64,000 bases of DNA from an uncultured bacterium (GTDB lineage: Bacteria > Muiribacteriota > Ozemobacteria > Ozemobacterales > Ozemobacteraceae), in assembly GCA_964472075.1 (NCBI GenBank), contig CAYYIY010000001.1, positions 150,670 to 214,669 on the forward strand, read 5' to 3'. Numbering within the stretch: position 1 is the stretch's first letter; each line of letters begins with the position of its first letter. The notes beneath the pieces were generated by a model. The model ran no database searches, was not told the DNA's origin, and saw only the letters and a list, made by a program, of their open reading frames with translations. Of the stretch, positions 17,029-27,171 are shown piece after piece. The position numbers and the translations under genes are program-made.

Positions 17029-19320
17029 TCAGGCTTGAACGGGCTCTGCGGCCGCTGTCGTATCGCGAACCGCGCTGCCCATGACGCGATTGCGGCCGGA
17101 GTGTTTGGCTTCGTACAAGGCTTCATCGGCGAGTTTAATCATTTCGAGCGTTGTTTCGACCGGATTGATCGGTACCGCCGACACGCCGAGGCTGATGGTC
17201 ACCTGTAACGGACCTTTCGGCCCCTGCACCACAAGCTGCTCAACCCGCTGTCGCAGACGTTCGGCAAAGAGAACGGCCCCCTCGAGATCGGTTTCAGGAA
17301 GAATAATGGCAAACTCTTCGCCGCCGTACCGCGCAGGGCTGTCGGTATCACGCACGGTCGCCCGGACGGTCCTGGCGACTTCTCTCAAGACCAGATCGCC
17401 GGTCTGATGGCCCCAGGTATCGTTGAACTTCTTGAAGTGATCGATGTCGGTCATGATCAACGACAACGGCTTTTCGTAGCGTTTTGCGCGGCGGAACTCC
17501 TCTTCGAGCTTGGACTGGAAATGGCGATGCACGATCAGACCGGTCAGACCGTCAATCGTCGCCAGATTGAAGAGACGAGCCTTCTCGATGACCACCGCGG
17601 CCTGATTGGCCATGGTCAACGCCAGCTGCAGATCTTCCTGATCGAAGGGGCCTTCGGCGCGATTGACCACATTCATAACGCCGATGGAACTGTTGCGCAC
17701 CTGCAGAGGCACACAGATGAGCGAGTGAATGTCCTGGTGATCTTCAGGATCGAGCGCCGCGAATTCCGCGGTTCCAGGCACGTGTTCGATCAATCGCGGC
17801 TCGCCTTTGGTGAACACTTCGCCGGCAATACCTTCACCTGTACGAAACAATTTCTTCAAATCGTCGCTCAGGCCGCTGCGCGTCGGGTCTGTCCGACTTG
17901 AACTGCCGATCAGCACAGATTCTTCAACCAGATTCTCGTATCGCTCATCCAGCAACAGAATCGAGCCTCGTTCGGCCGAGAGCGCCAGAATCGCGCGAGA
18001 CAGAATGGTATCCAGCGTCTTGGTAAGATCGCCCATGAAGTTCACGGCCTGGCTCACTTCATTGACCAGGCTGAGTTCGCGCACTTTTCGCGCCAGTTCA
18101 CGATTTCGCTGTTTCAGATCGTAGAATTGCTGCACCAGCCTCATCGTCGCCCACTGCACCGGAACCATCAACATGATCGGAACGACTTCGAGGATGACAT
18201 CGAGTCGAAATACCAGCCACGCGATACCCAGCCAGCCGCCCCAGACCATGGCCACTATCGAATTGGCGCGCCACCCTGCCTGCTTCCAGATCAGCCAGCC
18301 GGTGAGCAACGCCACCAGAATGATCATGATCCCCGCACGACGAGGCGGCAGACGGCGCAACACGCTCCCCTCGAGAATGTTCTGCAGCAGATTGGCGTGA
18401 ATCTCCATGCCGGCCATCGCCCCGAATGGCGAAAATTTCACATCCTCTGACAGCCCGCGAGCGCGCGTTCCGACTATGACAGCCGCGTCCCTGAAGATTC
18501 CTTTGGTGAAGCGCCCCTGCAGGACATCCAGAAAAGACACGTCACGAAAATGTGCATTCGGCCCGGCGTAATTCAAGAGATACGATGAGTAGACGGTCTG
18601 GTTGTTCGGATTCACCCTTCTGAAGTAGTACGGAAGACGAACCTGTCCCAGCCGCACTCCACTTTCATCTGCTTCTACGGGGGTTTTCATTAGCAGAGAA
18701 GCGATCGATAGCCCAAAGAGATAGTGGTTTTTACCGTCGACCGACTTCTGCAACTGAAGATTGCGAATCACGCCGTCGCGGTTAAGCGTTTCCGACTCCA
18801 TGTCGATGAAGCCTTCTCCCGCGGCCGCAGAAGCCAAAATCGGCACCGCGCGATCGACCATGAAACGCGATACCGGCTCAAGCGTTTCCGGGTCGGCCGT
18901 CAAACGCAAACTGACTGTTTGAGCCAGAATAACGTTGCCTGATTCGCGAATGGCCTGGGCGAAACTCTGATCGTCCTGGTCACCAAGCGACGATGGTTCA
19001 CTGAAAATCAGATCAAATCCGACAGCTCCGGCTCCCTCGTTTTTCAGGATCTTCAGCAGTTCCGCATATCGAGAGCGGGGCCAGGGCCACGCACCAAGCT
19101 TTTCAAGACACGCATCGGTGATGGAAACGAGTACGATCCGGGAATGTGCCGGAAGCTCTCCACGAAAGCGAAAGCGGGCATCGATCGAGTGGTTTTCGAG
19201 GTTGGTGAACAGCCCGAAGAAGAAGGCGAGGGCAAACAGAACCCCGAACAGCAGAGAGGCGAAAAGCTCCCAGCTGCGAATGAAGCGGCCCTGGCCGCGA
19301 AAAGATGCCTCGGAGGTCAT
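17029..19320 (-). CDS. CHASE2-GAF-GGDEF diguanylate cyclase
   Basis: CHASE2 signature DARFRFRG..IVLVSITDACL..GAWPWPRS..GAGAVGFDLIFSEP, TM helices, a GAF region, and GGDEF with an intact RYGGEEF active site. Confidence 0.8.
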   Translation of the reverse strand: MTSEASFRGQGRFIRSWELFASLLFGVLFALAFFFGLFTNLENHSIDARFRFRGELPAHSRIVLVSITDACLEKLGAWPWPRSRYAELLKILKNEGAGAVGFDLIFSEPSSLGDQDDQSFAQAIRESGNVILAQTVSLRLTADPETLEPVSRFMVDRAVPILASAAAGEGFIDMESETLNRDGVIRNLQLQKSVDGKNHYLFGLSIASLLMKTPVEADESGVRLGQVRLPYYFRRVNPNNQTVYSSYLLNYAGPNAHFRDVSFLDVLQGRFTKGIFRDAAVIVGTRARGLSEDVKFSPFGAMAGMEIHANLLQNILEGSVLRRLPPRRAGIMIILVALLTGWLIWKQAGWRANSIVAMVWGGWLGIAWLVFRLDVILEVVPIMLMVPVQWATMRLVQQFYDLKQRNRELARKVRELSLVNEVSQAVNFMGDLTKTLDTILSRAILALSAERGSILLLDERYENLVEESVLIGSSSRTDPTRSGLSDDLKKLFRTGEGIAGEVFTKGEPRLIEHVPGTAEFAALDPEDHQDIHSLICVPLQVRNSSIGVMNVVNRAEGPFDQEDLQLALTMANQAAVVIEKARLFNLATIDGLTGLIVHRHFQSKLEEEFRRAKRYEKPLSLIMTDIDHFKKFNDTWGHQTGDLVLREVARTVRATVRDTDSPARYGGEEFAIILPETDLEGAVLFAERLRQRVEQLVVQGPKGPLQVTISLGVSAVPINPVETTLEMIKLADEALYEAKHSGRNRVMGSAVRDTTAAAEPVQA

Positions 19321-19329
19321 GGATCGCGT

Positions 19330-19375
19330 AAAAAGAAAATGCCTCGACCCCGGGTTTCACTCCGGGGCCGAAGCA
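19330..19375 (-). terminator. Hairpin + U-tract between TPR gene and cyclase gene
   Basis: On the minus strand, cttcGGCCCCGGagtgaaaCCCGGGGtCgagg is followed one nt later by cATTTTCTTTTT, immediately upstream of the cyclase ATG. This is a possible attenuator or partial terminator. Confidence 0.35.
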
Positions 19376-19381
19376 TCGTGT

Positions 19382-20479
19382 TCAGTGAGTCTGAGCGTCG
19401 GGAGCCGGGTTCCCGATCTGCGCCCGCAGCTTGCGAATTTCAGAAAACGTCTGGTGAAACTCCTTGTCCGCGCGCGGATAGAGTTTCAACGCCTCTTTGT
19501 AATTCTTCAGCGCCTTTTCGATCTCAGCCTTATCGCGCAGTTTGTCACCGCGCTCACGATACAAGGTCGCCAGTTGCCGCCGGGCATCAAGGAACTTGTC
19601 TTCATACATATTCTGGCTCGAATACATGGGACTGAAGGGGTCAACGCGCGCACTCGACTGGTACAACGTGAGTGCCTCTTCGTAATCTTTGATCGCCACA
19701 GCCCACTTTTCGGGGGCTTCAATGTCGCTTGCCTCGTCGATATCGGCCGGCTTGAGGTGGGACATCAGCCGTTCGCCGATCTGCAGCAAAAAGGCACGAT
19801 AGGTAAAGTCATCGTCGGCCACGACGAGCAGCGCCCGCTGCAACACCTTGTAGGCCTGCAGATACTTCCCCAGATCGGCGGCCCGCTGACTGCGACGCAG
19901 ATATGAGCGCACCAGTGCCCGCTTGCATTCGCGCACCGCCTGCTTCACATACGTGACAAAGCGATGGTTTTCCGGCATGCCGCCCAGGTTCTTGAGGGCT
20001 TCCTGATACTCGAGGATCGCTTCGGCATACGCGCCGGTTTGACGCAGGTCGTCGCCGTTCTTCACGAACGGGGAAATCTGCGCGAAGATCTCCTGATCGC
20101 GCAGCAGCACCCGGGCCTTGTCGAGAAACTTCTTGGCTTCTTCAAGAAAAGCCGTTTCGGTTTCGGCCGCCAGGTTGATAGCTTCTTCCAATTCGTCGAC
20201 GGCGCGGGCGTAGTCTTTCGACTCAAGCGCGACGATTCCCTGTTCGCGATGCAGCTGGGCCAGTTGTGCGTCGGCCACCGTGATCTGGCTCTGCGCCTTC
20301 TTCTGCAGTGCCAGCTCTTCATCGGTGAACGAGGCTTCAGGATCAGCCGCGGCGATCCGGTCGAGTTCCTCGAGAACCTTGAGATATCCGGCTTTGGCGT
20401 CGGCCCAGTTCTTGTTCTCGGCCAGCGTGTCGGCATCTTCGAGATAGGATTTGATCAACTGCAGATCTTCGTTCGTCAT
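19382..20479 (-). CDS. TPR-repeat protein
   Basis: Repeated 34-aa helical units (A..Y...A, W..A..Y pattern). There is a 4-nt overlap with the upstream TPR gene. Confidence 0.55.
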   Translation of the reverse strand: MTNEDLQLIKSYLEDADTLAENKNWADAKAGYLKVLEELDRIAAADPEASFTDEELALQKKAQSQITVADAQLAQLHREQGIVALESKDYARAVDELEEAINLAAETETAFLEEAKKFLDKARVLLRDQEIFAQISPFVKNGDDLRQTGAYAEAILEYQEALKNLGGMPENHRFVTYVKQAVRECKRALVRSYLRRSQRAADLGKYLQAYKVLQRALLVVADDDFTYRAFLLQIGERLMSHLKPADIDEASDIEAPEKWAVAIKDYEEALTLYQSSARVDPFSPMYSSQNMYEDKFLDARRQLATLYRERGDKLRDKAEIEKALKNYKEALKLYPRADKEFHQTFSEIRKLRAQIGNPAPDAQTH

Positions 20480-22431
20480 GGCTCGTCTCCTTTGCGCCGG
20501 TCTGCCTGATGCAGACGCCGGGCGGCTGATTCGGAATCGAAAAATGTCAAACCTTCTTCAGGTCTTGAGCCCTTCTTCGCTTCGCGGGCTTTCTGATAAT
20601 CGCCCGCCGCTTTCTGGTACTCGCGACGTTGGTAGTGAATATACCCTAAAAGCGACCGACCTTCACTATGATTCGGGTCAATTTCGAGCAGTTTTTTTAC
20701 GTGCTTCTCGGCTTGCGGGTACAACCGCATCTGAATTTCGAGCAACGCCAACTCGTGCCACAACCGCGGGTGTGCGGCAAAACGCGTGGTCAGCCGCTGA
20801 AAGTGGTCGAGAGCCAGCGCGTATTTGCCTTCTTCGCGCAGACGATTTCCCTCTCGATAATGGGGGTCTCGGGAAAGCTCATCATCAGGTCCGGTGGCGG
20901 CCGCTCCCTGCTTTCCACCCGCCGGCCCCTTCTTGCCGCTTTGCCGAGCCGCATGATCGAGCAGTTTCTGCATGGCTTCACGCCGCGACGACTTCGGAAA
21001 CGACTTCAGAAAGGTCGCTCCCCACTGCTGCGCCGCCGCATAGGCCCGCAGGATCACACGCAGGCGAATGGCCTCGAAGTAGGCTTCCTCGACAAACCGA
21101 GAGGCAGGGTGCAGGCGCAACAACTGATCATACAAGCGGCAGGCTTCCTTCAACTCACCGAATCGAGCGGTGTTCCCAGCCAGGCGAATCAGCAGCTCCG
21201 CATCCGGAGTGCCGCCCGAGCGCAGCTGCATCTCTTCCTGATCTTTCAGAATCTCGGTCGCCAGTGATTCGCTCTCTTGCCGCGACAACTTGGGAAAGGT
21301 TAACAACGCCGCCAGACTGTCCGGCGGACGTGACGATGCGGGAGTGGAGATCGCCGGACGGGTGAACGTTTCGGGTTCAGGATCAGAAGGGGCCTGGCTC
21401 ATTTTGCCCAAAGCCGCGGAAATATCCTCAACCTCCTCGAATTTTCCTGACTTTTCTGTTGACGAATCCGCTATTTTCTTCGTCTGTGAGGGCTTCGCAG
21501 CCGCAACAACCTTCGAATCCGCCGGTTCTGAGGATTTTGAAGAGGCAGGAGACGTCACGGGTTCGCCGGAATCGCCGGAATCGCCGGCATCAGCGGAATC
21601 TGCGGGCTCAGATGCCGATGCGGGGTCTGCCGGCTTCGCGACTGCCTCTGTGTCGGAATCCGGGGTTTCCGCCTCGGGGTCTTCATCGCGCACCGGGCGG
21701 CTCGGCCCCGTGCTGCGCGCATTCATCTCCTCGAGGTCTTTGTTGGTCAGCATGACCGGTTTCCTGGTCTGGCTTTTTGCGGCCACGACAGATTCAACAC
21801 GAGAGGGGCGGACGGAATTCGCTTCAAAAGCTGCGGGTTTCCTGTTGCCGCGTTCTTCCGTGTCGCGGGCCTGGCGAACGGAACCCTGTCCCACCCGGGC
21901 CGCAGTTCCTTCCGTCGATTTCTCGGTCTTTTTTGAGCTGACCGACAATTCTGACGGTGTTCCCGCCGTTCGCACCGAACCTGGGTTCTTTGCCGGTGTT
22001 TTCGCCGAAGTCTGAACCGATTTCAGCAGATGTCCGGCCAGGCGGGCAAATTCCGTTCCGGGAAAACGTTTTTTCAGATCACGACACAGATCGTGTGCTT
22101 TCTCCGACTGCCCCAACATCAGGTATGCCTGCGCCTGTCGGAATCGAGCTTCGGCTTCTTCTTCCGATGCGGGTTTCTGGTTGATGAGCTCCTGGTAGGT
22201 GTCGATCGCCTGCTCAAAACGCTCGGCATACAGCTGGCAGTCACCCAGCATCAAAAGCGCCAGAATCTTCTGTTCCCGGCGTGCTGCCGTTTGCACAGCC
22301 TCTTCAAGCGTCTGCACAGCGCCGTCGAGATCACCCTGGGAACGAGCCTGAATCGCCTGTTCCATCAGGCGGGTCGCAGAGGGTGACGCGAGTAACATGC
22401 CCGCACCGCCGAACATCAGAGCGACCGCCAT
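20476..22431 (-). CDS. Secreted TPR-repeat protein with long acidic Ser/Pro/Asp-rich low-complexity linker
   Basis: Internal start gives signal peptide MAVALMFGGAGMLLASPSA and avoids overlap with the upstream gene that ends at 22449. TPR units lie at both ends. The central ~200 aa are low complexity. Confidence 0.55.
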   Translation of the reverse strand: MAVALMFGGAGMLLASPSATRLMEQAIQARSQGDLDGAVQTLEEAVQTAARREQKILALLMLGDCQLYAERFEQAIDTYQELINQKPASEEEAEARFRQAQAYLMLGQSEKAHDLCRDLKKRFPGTEFARLAGHLLKSVQTSAKTPAKNPGSVRTAGTPSELSVSSKKTEKSTEGTAARVGQGSVRQARDTEERGNRKPAAFEANSVRPSRVESVVAAKSQTRKPVMLTNKDLEEMNARSTGPSRPVRDEDPEAETPDSDTEAVAKPADPASASEPADSADAGDSGDSGEPVTSPASSKSSEPADSKVVAAAKPSQTKKIADSSTEKSGKFEEVEDISAALGKMSQAPSDPEPETFTRPAISTPASSRPPDSLAALLTFPKLSRQESESLATEILKDQEEMQLRSGGTPDAELLIRLAGNTARFGELKEACRLYDQLLRLHPASRFVEEAYFEAIRLRVILRAYAAAQQWGATFLKSFPKSSRREAMQKLLDHAARQSGKKGPAGGKQGAAATGPDDELSRDPHYREGNRLREEGKYALALDHFQRLTTRFAAHPRLWHELALLEIQMRLYPQAEKHVKKLLEIDPNHSEGRSLLGYIHYQRREYQKAAGDYQKAREAKKGSRPEEGLTFFDSESAARRLHQADRRKGDEP

Positions 22432-22448
22432 CGCGATTCCCAGTCGAT

Positions 22449-23816
22449 TCACACTTCCCCCTCCTCGAGCACGTCGATCACGATGCCCGCGCACCAGAAA
22501 ATCAGATACAGGGCACCGGCAATCAGCACCAGCGCGTTGGCGGCATCCCACAAGAAGGAACCGATAGCCTCGGAAAGTGGCGTCAGATAAAGTATTCCCC
22601 ACGCGGGAAGCGTCGCTGCGTCGACTTTTTTCAGCGAGCGATACGCCACGACGAACGTGGTATCGCCGAGACGCAGTTCCTGCACCCCTTCTTCGCCTCG
22701 CATGGCTTCAGCCACCGCGCGATTCGAGTGGCTGAGGTTCACCTGATTCGCCACCATCGAGGTTTTCGGATGGGCGATGACCACGCCGTCGTCGTCGACG
22801 ACCAGCAGATGCGACGTCGAGGTCAGGCGGGTCTTCTGTGCCAGATCGCCGAGAAAACCAAGGTCAACCTGTGAAGAAAGCATGGCAAAGGGCTCGCGAT
22901 CTTCATCGCGCAGCGGCACCGCGACGTTCCAGATCGGGCGGCCCAACCCTTCTTCGAACCAGACGGGGCCGGAATAGAACGAGCGAGCGGCACGGGTCGC
23001 CGACTTCACCCAGTTGGCAAGCATCTGAAAGCTGCCGGCGATCTCGGTAACCCCGATGATTTCCTGCCCGTCGAGCTGTTTGACCGACACGGAGCGAATC
23101 AGATCGCGGTCGCTGATACTCGCCCGCAGGATGTTCTCAGCGGTCAACGGGTCGGCCAGCGTCGGCAAACCAACCGGAAACAGCCGATCAATCAGGGTCA
23201 CCGACGGCACCAACGCGATGATCAGGTTTTCGACGGCAGGCAGCAGAAGTTCTGCGGTCACCGGGGTATGATACGCATCGTCGCCCTGGTATGCCGGCGC
23301 AGACGTCCCGGCGCTGCTTTCCATGTCGGGATCTTCGGGAAGAGCCGGCGACAGAGGTTCGACGGGTTCGTTCCAGAGATGCAGCGCATACAACACGCGA
23401 CGCCCCGAGGCACGTGCAGTCTCGAGATACAGCTGCAGATCTTCCTGCAGTCGTTTCTGAGCACGTTCGAAGGCGATTTCAGCCTGAACGACCCCATCAA
23501 TCGCCGCTTCGGCGCGGCCTCGTATCGATCGCAGGCGCGGCAGAACCGATCCGGCCTGAGCCGCCTGCCGAAACGCCGGCAAGCGCGCCAGCAGGCGCAG
23601 AGAATCGCGCACTCCGGCCAGCGATCGCGCCACATCGTCGACAGCCAGATCGGCTACTGTACCAACCTGTCGAAACACCTGATTCTTGCGAGCCTCGCGA
23701 TCGCGAAACAGACCGTCGGAAACAATATAGATAACCAGAACGGAAAGCGCGATCGAGATCAGGTAGACAAACGAAACCTGATCCTGCGTTTTTTCCAGCA
23801 ACTTGGTCTGCAACAT
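22449..23816 (-). CDS. Sensor-like membrane protein (TM - periplasmic domain - TM, no output domain)
   Basis: Hydrophobic helix near the N-terminus, a ~380-aa extracytoplasmic region, and a C-terminal TM (LVLIAGALYLIFWCAGIVI). It is the first gene of the TPR/cyclase operon. Confidence 0.45.
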   Translation of the reverse strand: MLQTKLLEKTQDQVSFVYLISIALSVLVIYIVSDGLFRDREARKNQVFRQVGTVADLAVDDVARSLAGVRDSLRLLARLPAFRQAAQAGSVLPRLRSIRGRAEAAIDGVVQAEIAFERAQKRLQEDLQLYLETARASGRRVLYALHLWNEPVEPLSPALPEDPDMESSAGTSAPAYQGDDAYHTPVTAELLLPAVENLIIALVPSVTLIDRLFPVGLPTLADPLTAENILRASISDRDLIRSVSVKQLDGQEIIGVTEIAGSFQMLANWVKSATRAARSFYSGPVWFEEGLGRPIWNVAVPLRDEDREPFAMLSSQVDLGFLGDLAQKTRLTSTSHLLVVDDDGVVIAHPKTSMVANQVNLSHSNRAVAEAMRGEEGVQELRLGDTTFVVAYRSLKKVDAATLPAWGILYLTPLSEAIGSFLWDAANALVLIAGALYLIFWCAGIVIDVLEEGEV

Positions 23817-23934
23817 GAGAAGAACAGGACCCTTTCAGCGCTTAGCCGTGCCGACGGCTCAAGATTCGGGGAAAAAATGCCGATATCTTTTGTAGGCGAA
23901 GAAAAAATTCGCCACTATCAAGGAGGTAACCGCC

Positions 23935-24066
23935 ATGCTGTGCCCACAATGCAACGCCCCGATGGTTCGCAAAACCCACACCGGACGCCTTTCTCCGTAT
24001 CATACATTCAACTGCACCCACTGCAAGTTCGTGATTTTCTACCGCGGGCGCATGATCGAAGAGTGA
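23935..24066 (+). CDS. Small zinc-ribbon protein (43 aa), absent from the ORF track
   Basis: MLCPQCNAPMVRKTHTGRLSPYHTFNCTHCKFVIFYRGRMIEE, with CxxC-x17-CxxC spacing. A perfect AAGGAGG lies 9 nt upstream of the ATG. Confidence 0.5.
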   Translation: MLCPQCNAPMVRKTHTGRLSPYHTFNCTHCKFVIFYRGRMIEE

Positions 24067-24068
24067 CA

Positions 24069-24434
24069 TCAGGCCTGAGTCAGCAGTTGAACGGCATTGG
24101 TCACCGACGGCTGAATGTCGAGCAATCTTTCCGCCCTGGTAATACGCAGGGTCTCAAGCACTTCCGCCGTCGGTGAGGCTACGATGAAACGCGCACTCTG
24201 AGATTTGAAATCGCGCGAAGTATTGAGCAGAAACTGCGTGGCCGTCGAATCGATGAATTCGACCTGCTCGAGGTTGAAAACCACTCTGGTGGCTCCTTTT
24301 TCACGAACCAGCGCCAGAGCCTCTTTCAGCTTGGCGACGTGATACACGCAGAACTCTCCGGTCAGATCGAACACCACCACCCCGTCACTCGTGCGAACGT
24401 TCCAACTCATCATGGCTCCATGTTCTCCAGACAT
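24069..24434 (-). CDS. STAS-domain anti-sigma-factor antagonist (SpoIIAA/RsbV-like)
   Basis: VVVFDLTGEF...LKEAL...RVVFNLEQVEFIDSTATQFLL, where the conserved Ser position corresponds to DST. An alternative start at the internal MMSWN (about nt 24413) is possible. Confidence 0.7.
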   Translation of the reverse strand: MSGEHGAMMSWNVRTSDGVVVFDLTGEFCVYHVAKLKEALALVREKGATRVVFNLEQVEFIDSTATQFLLNTSRDFKSQSARFIVASPTAEVLETLRITRAERLLDIQPSVTNAVQLLTQA

Positions 24435-24439
24435 TCTTG

Positions 24440-24820
24440 CTAGCGGGCGGGAATGGTCGGTTTTTCCGCTCCCGGTGCGCTGATGCTCGCAATCGCCTCA
24501 GCGACGGTGTTCCCAAATCGGAACAGACGATCGCTGCGGGTGACTCGAAAAATTTCAAAAACTTCAGGGCTGAGACACGACAGACAGAGCGAACCCCGAT
24601 CAGCCTTCAGGCGTCGATCGAGTTGAACCAGAAACCCGATGGCGGTCGAATCGAGGTGCACAAGGCCCGACAGGTTGAAGACGATGCTGCGCACCCCGCG
24701 TTCGATAATCATTTCCGCTGCCTGCTTCACTTTCGGCAGCGTATAGATGTCTAACTCGCCTGAAATGGAAAGCACGAATACGCCGTTTTCGCATTCCGCG
24801 GTGAATGTCATTCGTTCCAT
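24440..24820 (-). CDS. STAS-domain anti-sigma-factor antagonist (second copy)
   Basis: VFVLSISGELDIYT...SIVFNLSGLVHLDSTAIGFLV. Lies 6 nt upstream of the first STAS gene. Confidence 0.7.
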   Translation of the reverse strand: MERMTFTAECENGVFVLSISGELDIYTLPKVKQAAEMIIERGVRSIVFNLSGLVHLDSTAIGFLVQLDRRLKADRGSLCLSCLSPEVFEIFRVTRSDRLFRFGNTVAEAIASISAPGAEKPTIPAR

Positions 24821-25053
24821 GAGGACAGACCCTCTCCATCGAGATTGATTCAGCCATAAAATTTACTGCACTTTCGGTACGGAATGCAAGTATTCCAAGG
24901 GGAGGATCAAAACGACATTCCCGCCACACGTTTCAGACAACGTTCCTCGCTCCGGAAGGATTATCTGTAAACCTCTTCCGGAAAAGTCGATCTTCGCGTG
25001 TTGTATGAGCAGTGGTTTCGCGGACAGAAGGAGGGAGGTTGCCCATTCGCCGT

Positions 25054-25092
25054 AAAAACTCACCCGGGCAATGAAGTCATCACCCGGGTGAG
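25054..25092 (-). terminator. Rho-independent terminator downstream of pepF
   Basis: Perfect 10-bp GC-rich stem CTCACCCGGG / CCCGGGTGAG with a 12-nt loop. On the minus strand it is followed by TTTTT. It lies 50 nt after the pepF stop. Confidence 0.65.
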
Positions 25093-25142
25093 AACGAGCC
25101 GTTCTGTTTGACGGTTACGATCGCACGGCCGTCGGTCGTTGT

Positions 25143-27059
25143 TCAGCGACGATGTGCCGCTTTTTTCTTCGCTGTTCCGGCAGCCGGTCGAGTGCTCTTG
25201 CCCTTGCTGACCACCGTCGCGAGTTTTTCAGCTTCGGACAGCATTTCTTCAATGATGTTCATGCCTTCCTGCCAGAACGACGGTTTCGCAATGTCGAGAC
25301 CCATCTTCTTCACCAGGTTGACCGGGTTGTCCGAGCCGCCCGAAGCCAACAGGTCGAGATACTTCGGCACGAACGACTTGCCTTCCTTGCGGTAGCGGGC
25401 ATACAGCGAGAGCACCAGCAGCTCGCCGAACGAGTAGGCGTAGCAGTAGAAGGGCGTGTGAATGAAGTGCGGAATGTAGCACCACCAGTAGCTGTAGTTG
25501 TCGGTCAGATCGACGGAATCGCCGAACATGGCGCGGTTGGTTTCCATCCAGAATCTGCCGATGGTTTCCGGCGTCAGCTCGCCTTCCTTGCGACGCGCGG
25601 CATGCAACTTCTGCTCGAACCGGGTCATGCAGGCCTGGCGGAACACTGTCGCGAAGGCGTCTTCGATCTTGCTGCACAGCAAGGCCAGCTTGACCGCCGG
25701 GTTTTTCTGTTCGCCCATCAGACGATGGAACGTGAGCATCTCGCCGAACACGCTGGCCGTTTCCGCCAGAGTCAGCGGCGTATCACTCTGCAGATAGCCC
25801 TGCTTGCGCGAGAGATACTGATGCACCCCATGACCGAGTTCATGGGCCATGGTCACGGCATCACGCAGTTTGTCGCTGTAGTTGGTGAGAATGTACGGGT
25901 GCACGTCGGGCGTCGTGCCGGCGCAGAAGGCGCCGCCGCGTTTGCCGGGTCTGAGTTCCGCGTCGATCCAGTTCTTGTTGTAGAACTCTTCAACGATGCG
26001 GCCAAGCTCGGGTGAGAACTCGCGATAGGCGTCGATGATGAGCTTCTTGCTCTCCGCCCAGCTGCATGAAGGCATTTCGGCCGAAATCGGCGCGTATCGA
26101 TCGTAATCGTACAACTTCTTCAGGCCCAAAAGTTTTGCCTTGAGCTTGTAATAGCGACTGACGAGTGCCGTGTTGGCATCGCAGGTCTTCAGCAGGGCGT
26201 CGACGGTCTTCGGCTCGATGTCGTTCGCCAGGTTGCGCGAGGCCATCGGGTCTGCGTAGGCCCGCAGGCGATCGACCACCGTGTGATGATCGACCACCGT
26301 GTTGAAGATGAAGGTCAGCGGCTTGAGACCGGCCTTGAATCCTTCAGTCAATGCCTGAGCGGCCGCCTGCCGGGTTTCACGATCGGGGTTGTACAGAAGC
26401 GAGAGGGCTTCCTGCTCGCTCATGGTCTTCGTTTCGCCCTTGATCTTCACCGTGAACGTCATGGCACCGAGCAGTTCGTCAAAGAGACGGGTGAACGCGC
26501 GCGACCCGGTGTTTTCGATCTCGTCAATGACTTTTTCTTCCGCTTCGCTGAGCAGATGCGGTTTGTACCGTCGCGATGCTTCGAGATAATGGCGATACTT
26601 TTTCGTGCCGGCATCGGCCAGCAGTTTCCTGGCTTCGGCATCAGGAACGGCGCACCATTCAAGATCGACAAAGATCAGGTGTTTGGAAATCTCGGTCGAT
26701 CGGGTCTGCATCTCACGCAGTTTGCGCCCATATTCGGGGTTCTGGGTGTCAGAGGCGAACAGCAGATGGGCATAAATATGCGGCCGATCGCGCAGCATCA
26801 GAATCTCTTCATACTCCTGCACCATCTGTCCGAGTTGTTTGCCGTTGAGCTTCGGTTTCGGAGCCAGTTTTCCCTTGTATTTCTTCTCGAACTCTTTGGC
26901 GCGTTTCAGCGCGGCCTGGTAATGGCCGTCCAGATTCTTGTCCTTGAGATCTTTGTACAAGTCGCCCAGGTTCCAGCAGACGCCGTGCGCCGAACTGCGC
27001 GGCCCCTCTTTCTTGGCCGGCGCGGCCGTCTTCGCAGCCCTGGCAGAAGCTTTCTTCAT
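25143..27059 (-). CDS. pepF: Oligoendopeptidase F (M3B family)
   Basis: HELGHGVHQYLS zinc-binding motif and overall M3B architecture (638 aa). It has an N-terminal basic tail. Confidence 0.85.
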   Translation of the reverse strand: MKKASARAAKTAAPAKKEGPRSSAHGVCWNLGDLYKDLKDKNLDGHYQAALKRAKEFEKKYKGKLAPKPKLNGKQLGQMVQEYEEILMLRDRPHIYAHLLFASDTQNPEYGRKLREMQTRSTEISKHLIFVDLEWCAVPDAEARKLLADAGTKKYRHYLEASRRYKPHLLSEAEEKVIDEIENTGSRAFTRLFDELLGAMTFTVKIKGETKTMSEQEALSLLYNPDRETRQAAAQALTEGFKAGLKPLTFIFNTVVDHHTVVDRLRAYADPMASRNLANDIEPKTVDALLKTCDANTALVSRYYKLKAKLLGLKKLYDYDRYAPISAEMPSCSWAESKKLIIDAYREFSPELGRIVEEFYNKNWIDAELRPGKRGGAFCAGTTPDVHPYILTNYSDKLRDAVTMAHELGHGVHQYLSRKQGYLQSDTPLTLAETASVFGEMLTFHRLMGEQKNPAVKLALLCSKIEDAFATVFRQACMTRFEQKLHAARRKEGELTPETIGRFWMETNRAMFGDSVDLTDNYSYWWCYIPHFIHTPFYCYAYSFGELLVLSLYARYRKEGKSFVPKYLDLLASGGSDNPVNLVKKMGLDIAKPSFWQEGMNIIEEMLSEAEKLATVVSKGKSTRPAAGTAKKKAAHRR

Positions 27060-27171
27060 ATCCTATTCCTTTCGTGGTTTTAGAAGAGTGGAATGACAGA
27101 TCTTTGGGGTCATGGTGCGTGAAATTCCCTTCTCCGTCAAGGGATATCTTCCGGGGAAGGAATCTTTTTCG

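Noticed and set aside
21540-21640. Short tandem DNA repeats (GGAATCGCC units)
   Set aside because: They lie inside the coding low-complexity acidic linker of the TPR protein, which is encoded by degenerate codon repeats. This is not a CRISPR or regulatory array.
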